DNA from: a virus
Reading direction: 5' to 3' (one strand)
Length of the DNA stretch: 64,000 bases
Virus record (IMG/VR): IMGVR_UViG_3300045988_140118
Shown here: piece after piece, positions 18,996-27,779 of the stretch
Layout: the number at the start of each line of letters is the position of its first letter
How positions within the stretch are numbered: position 1 is the stretch's first letter
Program-made: the position numbers and the translations under genes
The notes under the pieces: generated by a model
Databases searched by the model: none
Told to the model about the DNA's origin: nothing
Seen by the model: only the letters and a program-made list of their open reading frames with translations

Positions 18996-19881
18996 CAAGG
19001 GAATATTGTTTTTCTCTGCTTCTTCTGTTGGAGATACTAAACAGCTTCTTGATTTTGGTATCCGGGAAATTCTTGTCTCGTATTTCTATATCAAAAAAAG
19101 TCTGAGCTTCTATGATGGAGTACTGAAAACTATCCAAAAAGACAGAGGTCTTTTTATGACTGACTCAGGAGGATTCAGTTTTATGGGAACTACCCTAACT
19201 GATGAAATGCGGACGGAAAAGTACTGGATACCTTATCTAGAGGAATATGTTGATTGGCTTCGAAAACATAAAGACCATATTTATGTAGCTGCTAATCTAG
19301 ACCTTGATAAAGTGGTTGGTAGGGATGTGGTCAGAAAGTGGAACAGAAAATATTTTGAACCCTTGGAAAAAGAGGGACTTCAGATAGTTTATGTTGCCCA
19401 TGAAGATGACCAGCGTGACAAACACGGGATCGAACACTTTAAAGAATATTGCCGTTCCTACAAATATGTGGGTATTAATCAATCTCAGAAAGATTATGCT
19501 TCCCGCTTTTATCAGATAGCAAAACATTATCGTGTAAGAGTTCATGGTTTTGCCTGGACCGAGTTAGGTATTGTTAAACACTATCCGTTTGCCTCCTTAG
19601 ATTCTACTACATGGTTGGGAGGTGTCCGTTATGGAACTACCTATGACTATGATGGAAAAAATTTTCGCACCATAGACTACAAACATAAATACCGTAGAAA
19701 AGCTCGCAGACTAAAATATGAATCTATCGGAGTTTCTATTCATGATGTTACCGGAAACAAAGAAGATCGGTACGCTGTTAATAAAATGAATCTTTTAGGA
19801 TGGATTGGTTTTAGAAAAGAGTATCTTCGTGTAGCTAATTTAAAGTTACATTCTAAAAAAGTAAGCACTTATGTTAGATGA
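18949..19881 (+). CDS. dpdA: DpdA-like DNA transglycosylase (TGT family)
   Basis: TDSGGFSF (TGT DSGGFQ-like motif), about 310 aa, overlaps queC. Confidence 0.7.
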   Translation: MPTLKKHINGYDRRDNKGILFFSASSVGDTKQLLDFGIREILVSYFYIKKSLSFYDGVLKTIQKDRGLFMTDSGGFSFMGTTLTDEMRTEKYWIPYLEEYVDWLRKHKDHIYVAANLDLDKVVGRDVVRKWNRKYFEPLEKEGLQIVYVAHEDDQRDKHGIEHFKEYCRSYKYVGINQSQKDYASRFYQIAKHYRVRVHGFAWTELGIVKHYPFASLDSTTWLGGVRYGTTYDYDGKNFRTIDYKHKYRRKARRLKYESIGVSIHDVTGNKEDRYAVNKMNLLGWIGFRKEYLRVANLKLHSKKVSTYVR

Positions 19882-20623
19882 AAATATTAAAAAACGAATT
19901 TCCCTAATTACAGAAGCAGGAGACGATATTGATGATTTGAAAGATTGCGTGTGTTCTTTCTTTGAAAAAGGGGGCTGTTCTGATTGTATCGGGTGTCCTA
20001 AAGATGAAGATTCGGTTTTAGGATGTAGGGACTACTACTTGGAAAAGATAAAAATGAATCCGATGGAATTATGGTCAGAGGATTTTGATAAACAAGTAGT
20101 CCTTTCCAGAGATAAAATATCTGTGGATTCTTTAGCCGGTATAGGACTTAATTGCGATTCTTGTATTATGTATGATAAATGCCCTTACTACAAGAAAGGG
20201 TATTCCTGTGCGATAGACTGGGTAGGAAGTAATAAACCGGGTACTCCTGCGGAGTTCATGGATTTCTTAGTTTCCACTCAATACGAGCGTGTGAAGAGAG
20301 CAGTAGTCATAGAAAAAATAGACGGTGGTGTGCCCGATGCTAATTTATCCGGAGAGTTGGATAGGTTACAATCTTTAGTTTTAGGACGTGTTGATATGGA
20401 TCGTGCGAAATTCTCAGTGAGTGTAGAAGCTTCAGGACCTTCTAGCGCTGCAAAAAGCGGTGGTATCTTAGCTGCTATTTTTGGGAAAAGTACACCTTCC
20501 GAACCGGAGCCGTTAGCCATTGCAGAGAAACCTGAATCCAGATCTGATATTACAGATATTACTGAGTATGAACCCGTAGAAGAACCTGTAAAGGTAAAAC
20601 GTAGAAAGAGAGGTGCCGAATGA
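19871..20623 (+). CDS. Cys-rich protein with acidic C-terminus
   Basis: Two Cys clusters (CVCSFFEKGGCSDCIGC and CDSCIMYDKCPYYKKGYSC); overlaps the dpdA stop. Confidence 0.55.
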   Translation: MLDENIKKRISLITEAGDDIDDLKDCVCSFFEKGGCSDCIGCPKDEDSVLGCRDYYLEKIKMNPMELWSEDFDKQVVLSRDKISVDSLAGIGLNCDSCIMYDKCPYYKKGYSCAIDWVGSNKPGTPAEFMDFLVSTQYERVKRAVVIEKIDGGVPDANLSGELDRLQSLVLGRVDMDRAKFSVSVEASGPSSAAKSGGILAAIFGKSTPSEPEPLAIAEKPESRSDITDITEYEPVEEPVKVKRRKRGAE

Positions 20624-20946
20624 CCACTGTAAAAAGACATGTTAGAAAAAGAAAAAATAGTGCCTCTGTAGTAAAGAAGCACTATCGTAAAGGAAGCACC
20701 CATAAAACAGTAAATGGCGTAAAGTATGTTTTTGTGGATGGTTTTTGGAAACACGATGACTACCCTAATGCTCCTAAAGCGGGGTGGACGTATGAACGTT
20801 TAGTGAAAGAACGTGCCAAGTACCAGAAAGATCTTGCTGATGGTTTGGCGGGAAGAGATATTTTGCCTCCTCGAAAATTAGGTCTCCTTACTAGGAGAAT
20901 TAAGAAAATAAATAGATTCCTGAAAGGAAAAACTCCCAAAATTTAA
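20620..20946 (+). CDS. basic double-heptad N-terminal module protein (paralog A)
   Basis: VKRHVRK...VKKHYRK at the N-terminus. Confidence 0.6.
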   Translation: MTTVKRHVRKRKNSASVVKKHYRKGSTHKTVNGVKYVFVDGFWKHDDYPNAPKAGWTYERLVKERAKYQKDLADGLAGRDILPPRKLGLLTRRIKKINRFLKGKTPKI

Positions 20947-20958
20947 ACTGCTAATACT

Positions 20959-21153
20959 ATGGATAAACTCGTATTACTTCATTATATACTTTGTTTTTTC
21001 GCATTTTCGTTTATTTTATCCTCCCTTATTGGTTTACTTTGTTCAGTCAAAAATAACCGAAATATCGAGCGTATTATGGTTATTTTTGCCGTTCTTTCAT
21101 TTAGTTTTACCTTCTTTACTTCCCTAGTGATACAGCTAGTACATATATGTTAG
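20959..21153 (+). CDS. small membrane protein
   Basis: Two hydrophobic helices. Confidence 0.5.
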   Translation: MDKLVLLHYILCFFAFSFILSSLIGLLCSVKNNRNIERIMVIFAVLSFSFTFFTSLVIQLVHIC

Positions 21154-21218
21154 CGATTTGGAGAACCTCTTTATGTTTCGTATATTTATGACAAAGTATT
21201 AAAATTAACGTAAATGAT

Positions 21219-21479
21219 ATGGGACGAGAATTATTTAAAGTGTTAGGGACTTTGTATGTCCCCGATTTCGGACAAGTCGAACATGTAACTGGCTACATTG
21301 GAGATGTAGTTTTTTCTAAATCAAAAGATTTTAAAGCTTCCTGTTACAGATGTTGCTTTATAAAACAACGCACAATGTGCGGAAAGCCACTGGATTTACC
21401 ATCTTGTATAGTAGAGGAGTTTAGTAATGAAAGTGCATTTTACCGTAGAAAAACAGCCGAAAATATTAGTAAATCATGA
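21219..21479 (+). CDS. hypothetical protein
   Basis: Packed co-directional ORF. Confidence 0.5.
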   Translation: MGRELFKVLGTLYVPDFGQVEHVTGYIGDVVFSKSKDFKASCYRCCFIKQRTMCGKPLDLPSCIVEEFSNESAFYRRKTAENISKS

Positions 21480-21967
21480 AAAAAGTTTCTTTGAAGAAAG
21501 AGATAACCTCCATCTTAGATAATGCCATTTTAAAAAATGGTTTGTGCATAACCGAGGTAACTAATGAACAAGGGTTTAAGTGTGTGTACAGATTTCCAAA
21601 AAATATGCGGGATCTATTATTGAAACGTGCCAGTAAGCCCAAGAGAACGCCTGTTACAAATGCAGGAGAATCCACGCAAAAAAGACTCGTTCTTTTACAA
21701 AAGAATAGAGAAGCCATTCAACCCCTATTTGATATTAGTTACCTAATGAAAACTTATGGGTATGACGACCACATGGCTTGTGATGTACTATTCAAAGATA
21801 AAAAAGAACTTCCAACCGGTTTTTACAAGACTTATGTCAGTGTAGGTTACGAAAGAAAAGTAAAATACTACTTTAGGGATAACCGTATAGAATATAGTAT
21901 AAAGTCCTTTGTTGCTTTATTGCCGTTGTTGCCTAAAGCTTGGACTCAAACCATTAAAGAGGACTAG
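21476..21967 (+). CDS. hypothetical protein
   Basis: Packed ORF; ATGA overlap with the upstream stop. Confidence 0.55.
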   Translation: MKKVSLKKEITSILDNAILKNGLCITEVTNEQGFKCVYRFPKNMRDLLLKRASKPKRTPVTNAGESTQKRLVLLQKNREAIQPLFDISYLMKTYGYDDHMACDVLFKDKKELPTGFYKTYVSVGYERKVKYYFRDNRIEYSIKSFVALLPLLPKAWTQTIKED

Positions 21968-21969
21968 CT

Positions 21970-22359
21970 ATGGGATTTACAACACCATGTTTTATATACA
22001 AAAATACCTTGAAGCTTCAAGGTAAATTAAAATATTTAGGGTATGTTGAGCACCCTACGATGATGAATGTAGATACATCTTCACAATTTCTAATTTGCAA
22101 TCGTGGGTTCTTTGTGGGATTTCCAATTGGTTATCAAGAGGAAATAGACAGTGCCATTGATTGTGGAACCAACGAGGAACTCTTCTTGGCTATCGCTGCA
22201 TTGAGAGATGATACAGATAAGTTTCAATGGTTTACTGATGGTTGCCATTGGGAAAAATGCCCCTATGAAGTAGTATATATTAATGCTTGGATATACAAAT
22301 GTGAGTGCTCACCTCACAAGGCTACAGTAGAAGAACTTATTAATCATTTTGTCTTATGA
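21970..22359 (+). CDS. hypothetical protein
   Basis: Packed co-directional ORF. Confidence 0.55.
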   Translation: MGFTTPCFIYKNTLKLQGKLKYLGYVEHPTMMNVDTSSQFLICNRGFFVGFPIGYQEEIDSAIDCGTNEELFLAIAALRDDTDKFQWFTDGCHWEKCPYEVVYINAWIYKCECSPHKATVEELINHFVL

Positions 22360-22670
22360 AGGTTTTGAAGAAACATATCGAAGATCGCTTTATAACCAAA
22401 AAACTTTTGGAGATAAAAATGTTTTGCGGTCTTTCTGTTAAACCATGCGACTATTTTACAGGAATACGTACATTTGGAAATACGGGAAGAAAGTATTTCA
22501 ACGTTATCCTTAATGAAAAGGATAAGTATCATTCCAAAGAGTATGCAGCTCTTGAAAGGTGTGTTCGCAAAGGTATTATTTCTGATGTTATGGAAAATGG
22601 AGTTTACCGTGTAGCCCTATTTTTCAACTACTCTTTTAAAATTCGCACTTTAAGATTACCAAAGATATGA
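22356..22670 (+). CDS. hypothetical protein
   Basis: Packed ORF; overlaps the upstream stop. Confidence 0.5.
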   Translation: MKVLKKHIEDRFITKKLLEIKMFCGLSVKPCDYFTGIRTFGNTGRKYFNVILNEKDKYHSKEYAALERCVRKGIISDVMENGVYRVALFFNYSFKIRTLRLPKI

Positions 22671-22912
22671 AAACATTGATAATTTATAATTCAACAGATT
22701 CACCTTTGCACTATGCAATAGTCGAAGGTGATTATTCTGATTTAAACGGAATCTGTATTAATTCTTTTGATGAAGACACAATAAAAGTTGAGAAAGCATG
22801 TGAACTTCTCTATGATAAAGAGGGAAGATTTTTGCTTCCATTTTCTGAAGATATTTCCCTATTGAATAATAAAAATTGGGATGTAGCTGCTGTAATAACA
22901 TTCATTTTTTGA
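22667..22912 (+). CDS. hypothetical protein
   Basis: Packed ORF; overlaps the upstream stop. Confidence 0.5.
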   Translation: MKTLIIYNSTDSPLHYAIVEGDYSDLNGICINSFDEDTIKVEKACELLYDKEGRFLLPFSEDISLLNNKNWDVAAVITFIF

Positions 22913-22926
22913 AGTAATGTAAGTTT

Positions 22927-23259
22927 ATGAAACAGACAGTAGAAAAAGAAGCAATATCATTTGCAAATAAATGCCGTATTGCAAATATTAAAGGAGGTCT
23001 TGACTATCCTTATGATGAACTTGATATGAGAAATGCTTTTGAGGAAGGGGCAAAGTGGCAATCAAAGCAATCACCGTGGATAAGTGTAGAGGAACGGTTG
23101 CCTGAATATCCGTGCTGGGTGCTTGTGACATGTAAGGAGTATAAATATCGAATTTTATTTTACTGTGAAGGTAAGTTCTATACGGATAAAAGTTTAACAT
23201 CATATGATGGGAGCGTTCTTTTCTGGATACCCATTCCTTCTTTAGACAAAGATCTTTAA
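22927..23259 (+). CDS. DUF551-like phage protein
   Basis: WISVEERLPE...WVLV...FWIPIP pattern typical of DUF551. Confidence 0.5.
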   Translation: MKQTVEKEAISFANKCRIANIKGGLDYPYDELDMRNAFEEGAKWQSKQSPWISVEERLPEYPCWVLVTCKEYKYRILFYCEGKFYTDKSLTSYDGSVLFWIPIPSLDKDL

Positions 23260-23261
23260 TC

Positions 23262-23696
23262 ATGAGTAAAACACCTAAAATAAATAGAGTTTGGAATAAA
23301 CAGGAGAAGCGGATAGTTCGGCTTCTCTATCGCAAAGGATTTGATATAGATTTATCAAACTTGTATTGGGTCTCCTATAAAAAGACAGGCAAGAAGTACA
23401 GACGTAAAGGTTCTACGTTTAGCTCTCCGGGTTATCGTGACGAAGTTTATTTTTGTATTAAGGACTATTGGGGAGAATATGAGGAACATTCTTTAGTTGA
23501 CATCTTTATAGAAACGAAGACATGGGAAAATATTCCTGATGACGTACTAAAGAACTGTGATCATATGTCGGAAGTATATTCGCTATCAAATTTCCAATGT
23601 AAAAGTAGAAAGTGGCTGATTAAATACTTGTCAGCCCTTCCCACCGTTAGATGTGATTCGAAGATAAATAAAATATTAAAAATTACCACCGCTTAA
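23262..23696 (+). CDS. hypothetical protein
   Basis: Packed co-directional ORF. Confidence 0.55.
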   Translation: MSKTPKINRVWNKQEKRIVRLLYRKGFDIDLSNLYWVSYKKTGKKYRRKGSTFSSPGYRDEVYFCIKDYWGEYEEHSLVDIFIETKTWENIPDDVLKNCDHMSEVYSLSNFQCKSRKWLIKYLSALPTVRCDSKINKILKITTA

Positions 23697-23699
23697 AAT

Positions 23700-23912
23700 A
23701 TGGAAAATAGAAGAAAATTAGCAATAGCAAATCTTTGTCGTGAGTATCTTGCACTACAAGGCTTTTTAAGTAGCGCAGAAAATGAGAAAGTGCATAACCG
23801 TATCATGAAATTTAGAGATAAAAATAAGGTTTTCATTTCAGAAGCCCAATTAGATTCTGTCGATTTTACCTATGATGATAACGCACAAGAAGAATCTGAT
23901 GATGAAGGATAA
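23700..23912 (+). CDS. hypothetical protein, acidic C-terminus
   Basis: Packed co-directional ORF. Confidence 0.5.
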   Translation: MENRRKLAIANLCREYLALQGFLSSAENEKVHNRIMKFRDKNKVFISEAQLDSVDFTYDDNAQEESDDEG

Positions 23913-23945
23913 TTAATCATGGATATAAAGAAAGGAGACTGATTT

Positions 23946-24149
23946 ATGAGGTTTGTATTACTTATACTTATGATAACCATGCTATTATCTTGTAAAGATG
24001 ATATGGCTGGTCCTTTAAAAGGAGGAACTATTATTACTGTTAAGGGAGATACTATTGAGTTTTATGGGGGAACGTTGACTTATATGGGATTTGGTACTAG
24101 AAGTATTAGAGATATTGCGGTCAATGACTTAAAGGAGAAAGGAGATTAA
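23946..24149 (+). CDS. small lipoprotein
   Basis: Signal peptide MRFVLLILMITMLLSC with a lipobox-like LLSC; SD AAAGGAG 8 nt upstream. Confidence 0.55.
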   Translation: MRFVLLILMITMLLSCKDDMAGPLKGGTIITVKGDTIEFYGGTLTYMGFGTRSIRDIAVNDLKEKGD

Positions 24150-24150
24150 A

Positions 24151-24441
24151 ATGAGCAGAAGTAAAGAATATAAGACCATTAAAAATTACATTCATAACGA
24201 ACTCGGTTTATCTAGGGATGCTATAAGAGAAATTATGGTTCCATTAATTAAAGAAGAGGTTAACCGTGTTTTCCACTACACTTATGGAGACGATGTAAGT
24301 CTAGGAAATTTGATTCGTAATATGGTAAACGATGAAATAAAACGAGGAAATTTTAATATGGTCAGGCTATTGTGCAAGGAGGTTATAAGAGATGAATTAG
24401 CTGGCAAGATTGAAATAACCATTAAAGATAAAGGAGATTAA
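24151..24441 (+). CDS. hypothetical protein
   Basis: SD AAAGGAG 6 nt upstream; packed ORF. Confidence 0.55.
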   Translation: MSRSKEYKTIKNYIHNELGLSRDAIREIMVPLIKEEVNRVFHYTYGDDVSLGNLIRNMVNDEIKRGNFNMVRLLCKEVIRDELAGKIEITIKDKGD

Positions 24442-24443
24442 AT

Positions 24444-24764
24444 ATGAAAGCAAGAGTAAAATCAACCGGAGTTCTGATAGATGTAATTCCGAAAATAAAT
24501 ACCAGTGCGCAACATAGCATAGATAATCTGTATGTATGCGATAATATGGTTTTCAGAGAGTGTGATCTTGATTTTTTGAATGTGAAAGATTCTGCGATCG
24601 ATTGGGAACAGAGGCGTTATGAAATAGCGAAAGCCGCTATGCAAGGGATTTTATGCGCTCCTATTATTGAGGGAGTAGATCCTAATCCAACACCTTGTGA
24701 GCTGGCAATGGCGGCAGTAAGAAACGCTGATGCTCTTATTGAAGAATTAAAGAAAGGAGAATAA
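24444..24764 (+). CDS. hypothetical protein
   Basis: SD AAGGAG 7 nt upstream; packed ORF. Confidence 0.55.
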   Translation: MKARVKSTGVLIDVIPKINTSAQHSIDNLYVCDNMVFRECDLDFLNVKDSAIDWEQRRYEIAKAAMQGILCAPIIEGVDPNPTPCELAMAAVRNADALIEELKKGE

Positions 24765-24766
24765 CC

Positions 24767-25144
24767 ATGACCGAAGAACTTGTAACGCTTGAAACAGCAA
24801 AGCTTCTAAAAGAAAAAGGTTTTAATGAATACTGCGAGAATGTTATTGATAATAACGGTGTATTGCGCAAAACTTTATACCGAACAAATAACTATTTGCC
24901 TAAAGTGTGTTATTCTCGACCTACCCAAACTATTGTGGCTAAATGGTTAAGAGAGACAAAGAATGTTCATATATGTATTTATAATAATGCTTGCGGCTAT
25001 GGATATGAAATATCTAAAGCAGATAATGGCACACACATATCTAATGACTTAAAAGATGGTCCTAACAATGGAGGAGTTTGGGATACATATGAAGAAGCAT
25101 TGGAAGCAGGTATTAAAGAGGCACTAAGTCTAATTGTTGTTTAA
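24767..25144 (+). CDS. hypothetical protein
   Basis: SD AAAGGAG 7 nt upstream; packed ORF. Confidence 0.55.
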   Translation: MTEELVTLETAKLLKEKGFNEYCENVIDNNGVLRKTLYRTNNYLPKVCYSRPTQTIVAKWLRETKNVHICIYNNACGYGYEISKADNGTHISNDLKDGPNNGGVWDTYEEALEAGIKEALSLIVV

Positions 25145-25180
25145 CATGGTAGTCTCAAAATAATTTAGAAAGGATCAAAA

Positions 25181-25408
25181 ATGGGAACAGGATTTACGGA
25201 ATACGAAGAAAGCCTTATACAAGCAATTTGTTCGTTATATCATATACAGACGAGGACTTATAAACAGGGTGTATTCATAGGTATGATTCCTAAAAACGTT
25301 CGTATGACATTGAACGGTACTTATATGATGGAGTTATTAAATACCGGGAACGTTGTTTATCTTGAAATAAAAGATGGTATTAATGTGATAATAATTATGC
25401 GTCAATAA
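25181..25408 (+). CDS. hypothetical protein
   Basis: Partial SD AAAGGA; packed ORF. Confidence 0.5.
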   Translation: MGTGFTEYEESLIQAICSLYHIQTRTYKQGVFIGMIPKNVRMTLNGTYMMELLNTGNVVYLEIKDGINVIIIMRQ

Positions 25409-25409
25409 A

Positions 25410-25592
25410 ATGAAGGAAATAGATTTTATTGTATATGGGAATAGCTACATAACTAAGTGTCCATTCAGTCAAAAGATGGTTGGTTCAAAATCTTGTTATG
25501 ATTGCAAATATTTCGTTAGGGAAAAGTCATACATAGATATTGGCAGCGGTGGCGAAGGTGTTATTATATGTTCTGAACTGAATAAGAAATGA
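25410..25592 (+). CDS. small Cys-containing (zinc-ribbon-like) protein
   Basis: C...CYDC...C arrangement. Confidence 0.45.
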   Translation: MKEIDFIVYGNSYITKCPFSQKMVGSKSCYDCKYFVREKSYIDIGSGGEGVIICSELNKK

Positions 25593-25678
25593 ATGAAATT
25601 ATAATCATTAACGGCTATGAGTATACAAAGGATGAATTTGATACCATAGCGGCATTTGTAGGAAGCGATATTAACTAA
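25589..25678 (+). CDS. 29-aa hypothetical peptide
   Basis: ATGA-overlap start; fills a gap; below the ORF-track cutoff. Confidence 0.25.
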   Translation: MNEIIIINGYEYTKDEFDTIAAFVGSDIN

Positions 25679-25701
25679 CTAGAAGAAAGGAGGAATGTGA
25701 A

Positions 25702-25836
25702 ATGCACCAGTGTGATTACTGTTGTTGGTATAACGAAAGATATGGGAAGTGTGACTGTCCCACAGTTATGAAAAGCCAAGCTTGTAAAAAAGCTAAAAAA
25801 GTATTGTTATCAATGCTCGTAAACCACCGCTTATGA
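25702..25836 (+). CDS. 44-aa Cys-rich mini-protein
   Basis: MHQCDYCCWYNERYGKCDCP; SD AAAGGAGG 8 nt upstream; stop overlaps the next ATG. Confidence 0.4.
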   Translation: MHQCDYCCWYNERYGKCDCPTVMKSQACKKAKKVLLSMLVNHRL

Positions 25837-26024
25837 AAATAGAACAAGATAGACATTGCAGCATGTGTAAATATTACCAGTGTGTAAATTTCTTCATGTA
25901 TTGTACGAAGCTGCAACACCGAATTAAAGCATCAAGAAAAAATGGTTGCAAGTTCTTTGTAGAAAGAGGTTATCAAGAAATCAACAATTTAAATCCGATA
26001 AGAAATGAGCTATTATCCAGATAA
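25833..26024 (+). CDS. Cys-rich mini-protein
   Basis: HCSMCKYYQC...YC...GC. Confidence 0.5.
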   Translation: MKIEQDRHCSMCKYYQCVNFFMYCTKLQHRIKASRKNGCKFFVERGYQEINNLNPIRNELLSR

Positions 26025-26241
26025 AAATCAAATTCCGACAGGATTTGAAGAATGGTCTTTTGCCAATATGCCCGAAGACGGTGAGGTCGTAGAAGTATTA
26101 TCATACGGTAAGATAGAAACTATGAGATTTGATAAACCATATATGTCGTTCAACCCTCCGGCTATTACCCGTTTAGGTGGGTGGGCTTTAGGTTGTAAGC
26201 GGCAAGAAGGGATTACGCATTTTAAAAGAATTAAATCATAA
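26005..26241 (+). CDS. hypothetical protein
   Basis: Packed ORF. Confidence 0.5.
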   Translation: MSYYPDKNQIPTGFEEWSFANMPEDGEVVEVLSYGKIETMRFDKPYMSFNPPAITRLGGWALGCKRQEGITHFKRIKS

Positions 26242-26261
26242 CAGAACAAAAAGGAATATTT

Positions 26262-26663
26262 ATGAAGAGTAAAAAAATAACCGTAATCATATCCTACGAT
26301 TACGAAGATAAAAATACCGTTAGTAATGATCGGATTGCCGACAGAGTAAAAAATGACTTGCTGAAAGGCAGTAATCCCAATCACGAAAAGATAGAATCCG
26401 TTACAGTGGAAGATAACCAAACAGAAATGAAACAAAAGATAGAAGAAGCAAAAGGAAAAATTAATCGCTATTATAGCGACTTTATTGAAAAATGCCGTGA
26501 AGTACATGGCATTGACTTAACAACAATCATCAGTGATTGTGTAACGGCCGGTTATGAATCCCGTTCGGATGAAATCATAGAGCTTAGGAGAAAATTAGAC
26601 GGCATAGAAGAAATGAATAGTGGTGGTAGTCATTTAACTAATAACAGTATAGAAAGGAGGTAA
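26262..26663 (+). CDS. hypothetical protein
   Basis: Packed ORF. Confidence 0.55.
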   Translation: MKSKKITVIISYDYEDKNTVSNDRIADRVKNDLLKGSNPNHEKIESVTVEDNQTEMKQKIEEAKGKINRYYSDFIEKCREVHGIDLTTIISDCVTAGYESRSDEIIELRRKLDGIEEMNSGGSHLTNNSIERR

Positions 26664-26667
26664 ATAT

Positions 26668-26877
26668 ATGGGCGTAGCTTGTGTGCAAGACATTTACAGG
26701 TGTGATACTTGCAAATCTGCATTGGACGAATACGGTCGAGGATGCAAACACGGTCTTTTGTTTCCGTTAGCACTTCTTATGACCGAACAAACTAAATGTG
26801 TAAATTATGAGTTTGACCCCCAAAAGGTTGAACTTCAATTACAGAGAAAGGATAATTTAGAAACAGAAAGGAGCTAA
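26668..26877 (+). CDS. Cys-rich mini-protein
   Basis: RCDTCK...GCKH...KC; SD AAAGGAGG 7 nt upstream. Confidence 0.55.
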   Translation: MGVACVQDIYRCDTCKSALDEYGRGCKHGLLFPLALLMTEQTKCVNYEFDPQKVELQLQRKDNLETERS

Positions 26878-26878
26878 T

Positions 26879-27247
26879 ATGAAATTAACAAAAGAAGAAG
26901 ATAAAGTAATCTGCAAGTTTTTAAAAAGCGCATCTGACGAAGGAGGTAAAAGTCTGTTTAGATTAATGCAGTTTGTTCTTATGAAACTATCAGAAGATGC
27001 TATTCAGATGAACGCTGCCGAAGTAGTTTTAAGCCAAGTTATGGCTTTCGAAGGAGAGAAATACAATACACGCATGGCCATCCAATACTCCAAAGTCGGT
27101 GAAAAAACTTTGGAAGAACGTGCATACGAAATAGCTGACCGGATGCTTTCGTTAGGATCTGAAAACTGCGATCTTCGGGAAGAGTTGAAAAAGGCTATTT
27201 TAGCCGGATATAATTTGCATCATGAAGATTTCGATGACGAAAAATAA
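26879..27247 (+). CDS. hypothetical protein
   Basis: SD AAAGGAG 5 nt upstream; packed ORF. Confidence 0.55.
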   Translation: MKLTKEEDKVICKFLKSASDEGGKSLFRLMQFVLMKLSEDAIQMNAAEVVLSQVMAFEGEKYNTRMAIQYSKVGEKTLEERAYEIADRMLSLGSENCDLREELKKAILAGYNLHHEDFDDEK

Positions 27248-27262
27248 ATTAACGTTAAAGAA

Positions 27263-27523
27263 ATGGTCAAAATAACAATATCAGAAAAAGTACAGCAATT
27301 TATTGCAGAACGTACAGATAAAGCAGGTAACTGCTACGAGTATAGCGATGTCATCTCTCAAAAACATGCCCTAGAAGCCGCTGAAATGGTGAAGCAGGAA
27401 ACAATAGAGAAATGTCAAATAGCCTTTCACAACTTTATGCTTAGAGCCACTCTTGCAAATATTTCCGGGGAATCGTTTGATTTTGAGAAAGAGTTTGATA
27501 ATATTAGAATCAAATTTGACTAA
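27263..27523 (+). CDS. hypothetical protein
   Basis: Packed ORF. Confidence 0.5.
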   Translation: MVKITISEKVQQFIAERTDKAGNCYEYSDVISQKHALEAAEMVKQETIEKCQIAFHNFMLRATLANISGESFDFEKEFDNIRIKFD

Positions 27524-27530
27524 TAACAAA

Positions 27531-27713
27531 ATGAAAGCAAGGATAAAGAGAAAGATACAAAAACGTCCGTACCTATATAATGTCGGACAAGTGTTTAAAG
27601 CTTGTAGTTGGCTTATCTACCTTCAACGTGGAGAATATCGTTGGAGAAGATACCGTACATTTGGTACGATCGTAAAAGTTAAGTATAAGGTGCTTAACTG
27701 TTTTGGTAAATGA
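27531..27713 (+). CDS. small basic hypothetical protein
   Basis: ATG 27531 inside track ORF 27453-27713. Confidence 0.45.
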   Translation: MKARIKRKIQKRPYLYNVGQVFKACSWLIYLQRGEYRWRRYRTFGTIVKVKYKVLNCFGK

Positions 27714-27779
27714 CCTAGTATAACATAGATGCTTTTAAATAAAGCTCTGTAGAATCATATAATTAAAACGAAAATTAAA

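Noticed and set aside
20278-20754. 158-aa minus-strand ORF; the same judgement applies to 26028-26507, 46849-47352, 54200-54667 and 56119-56484
   Set aside because: All lie antisense to well-packed + strand genes and have low-complexity translations. The only minus-strand ORF with a real domain is 30299-30607.
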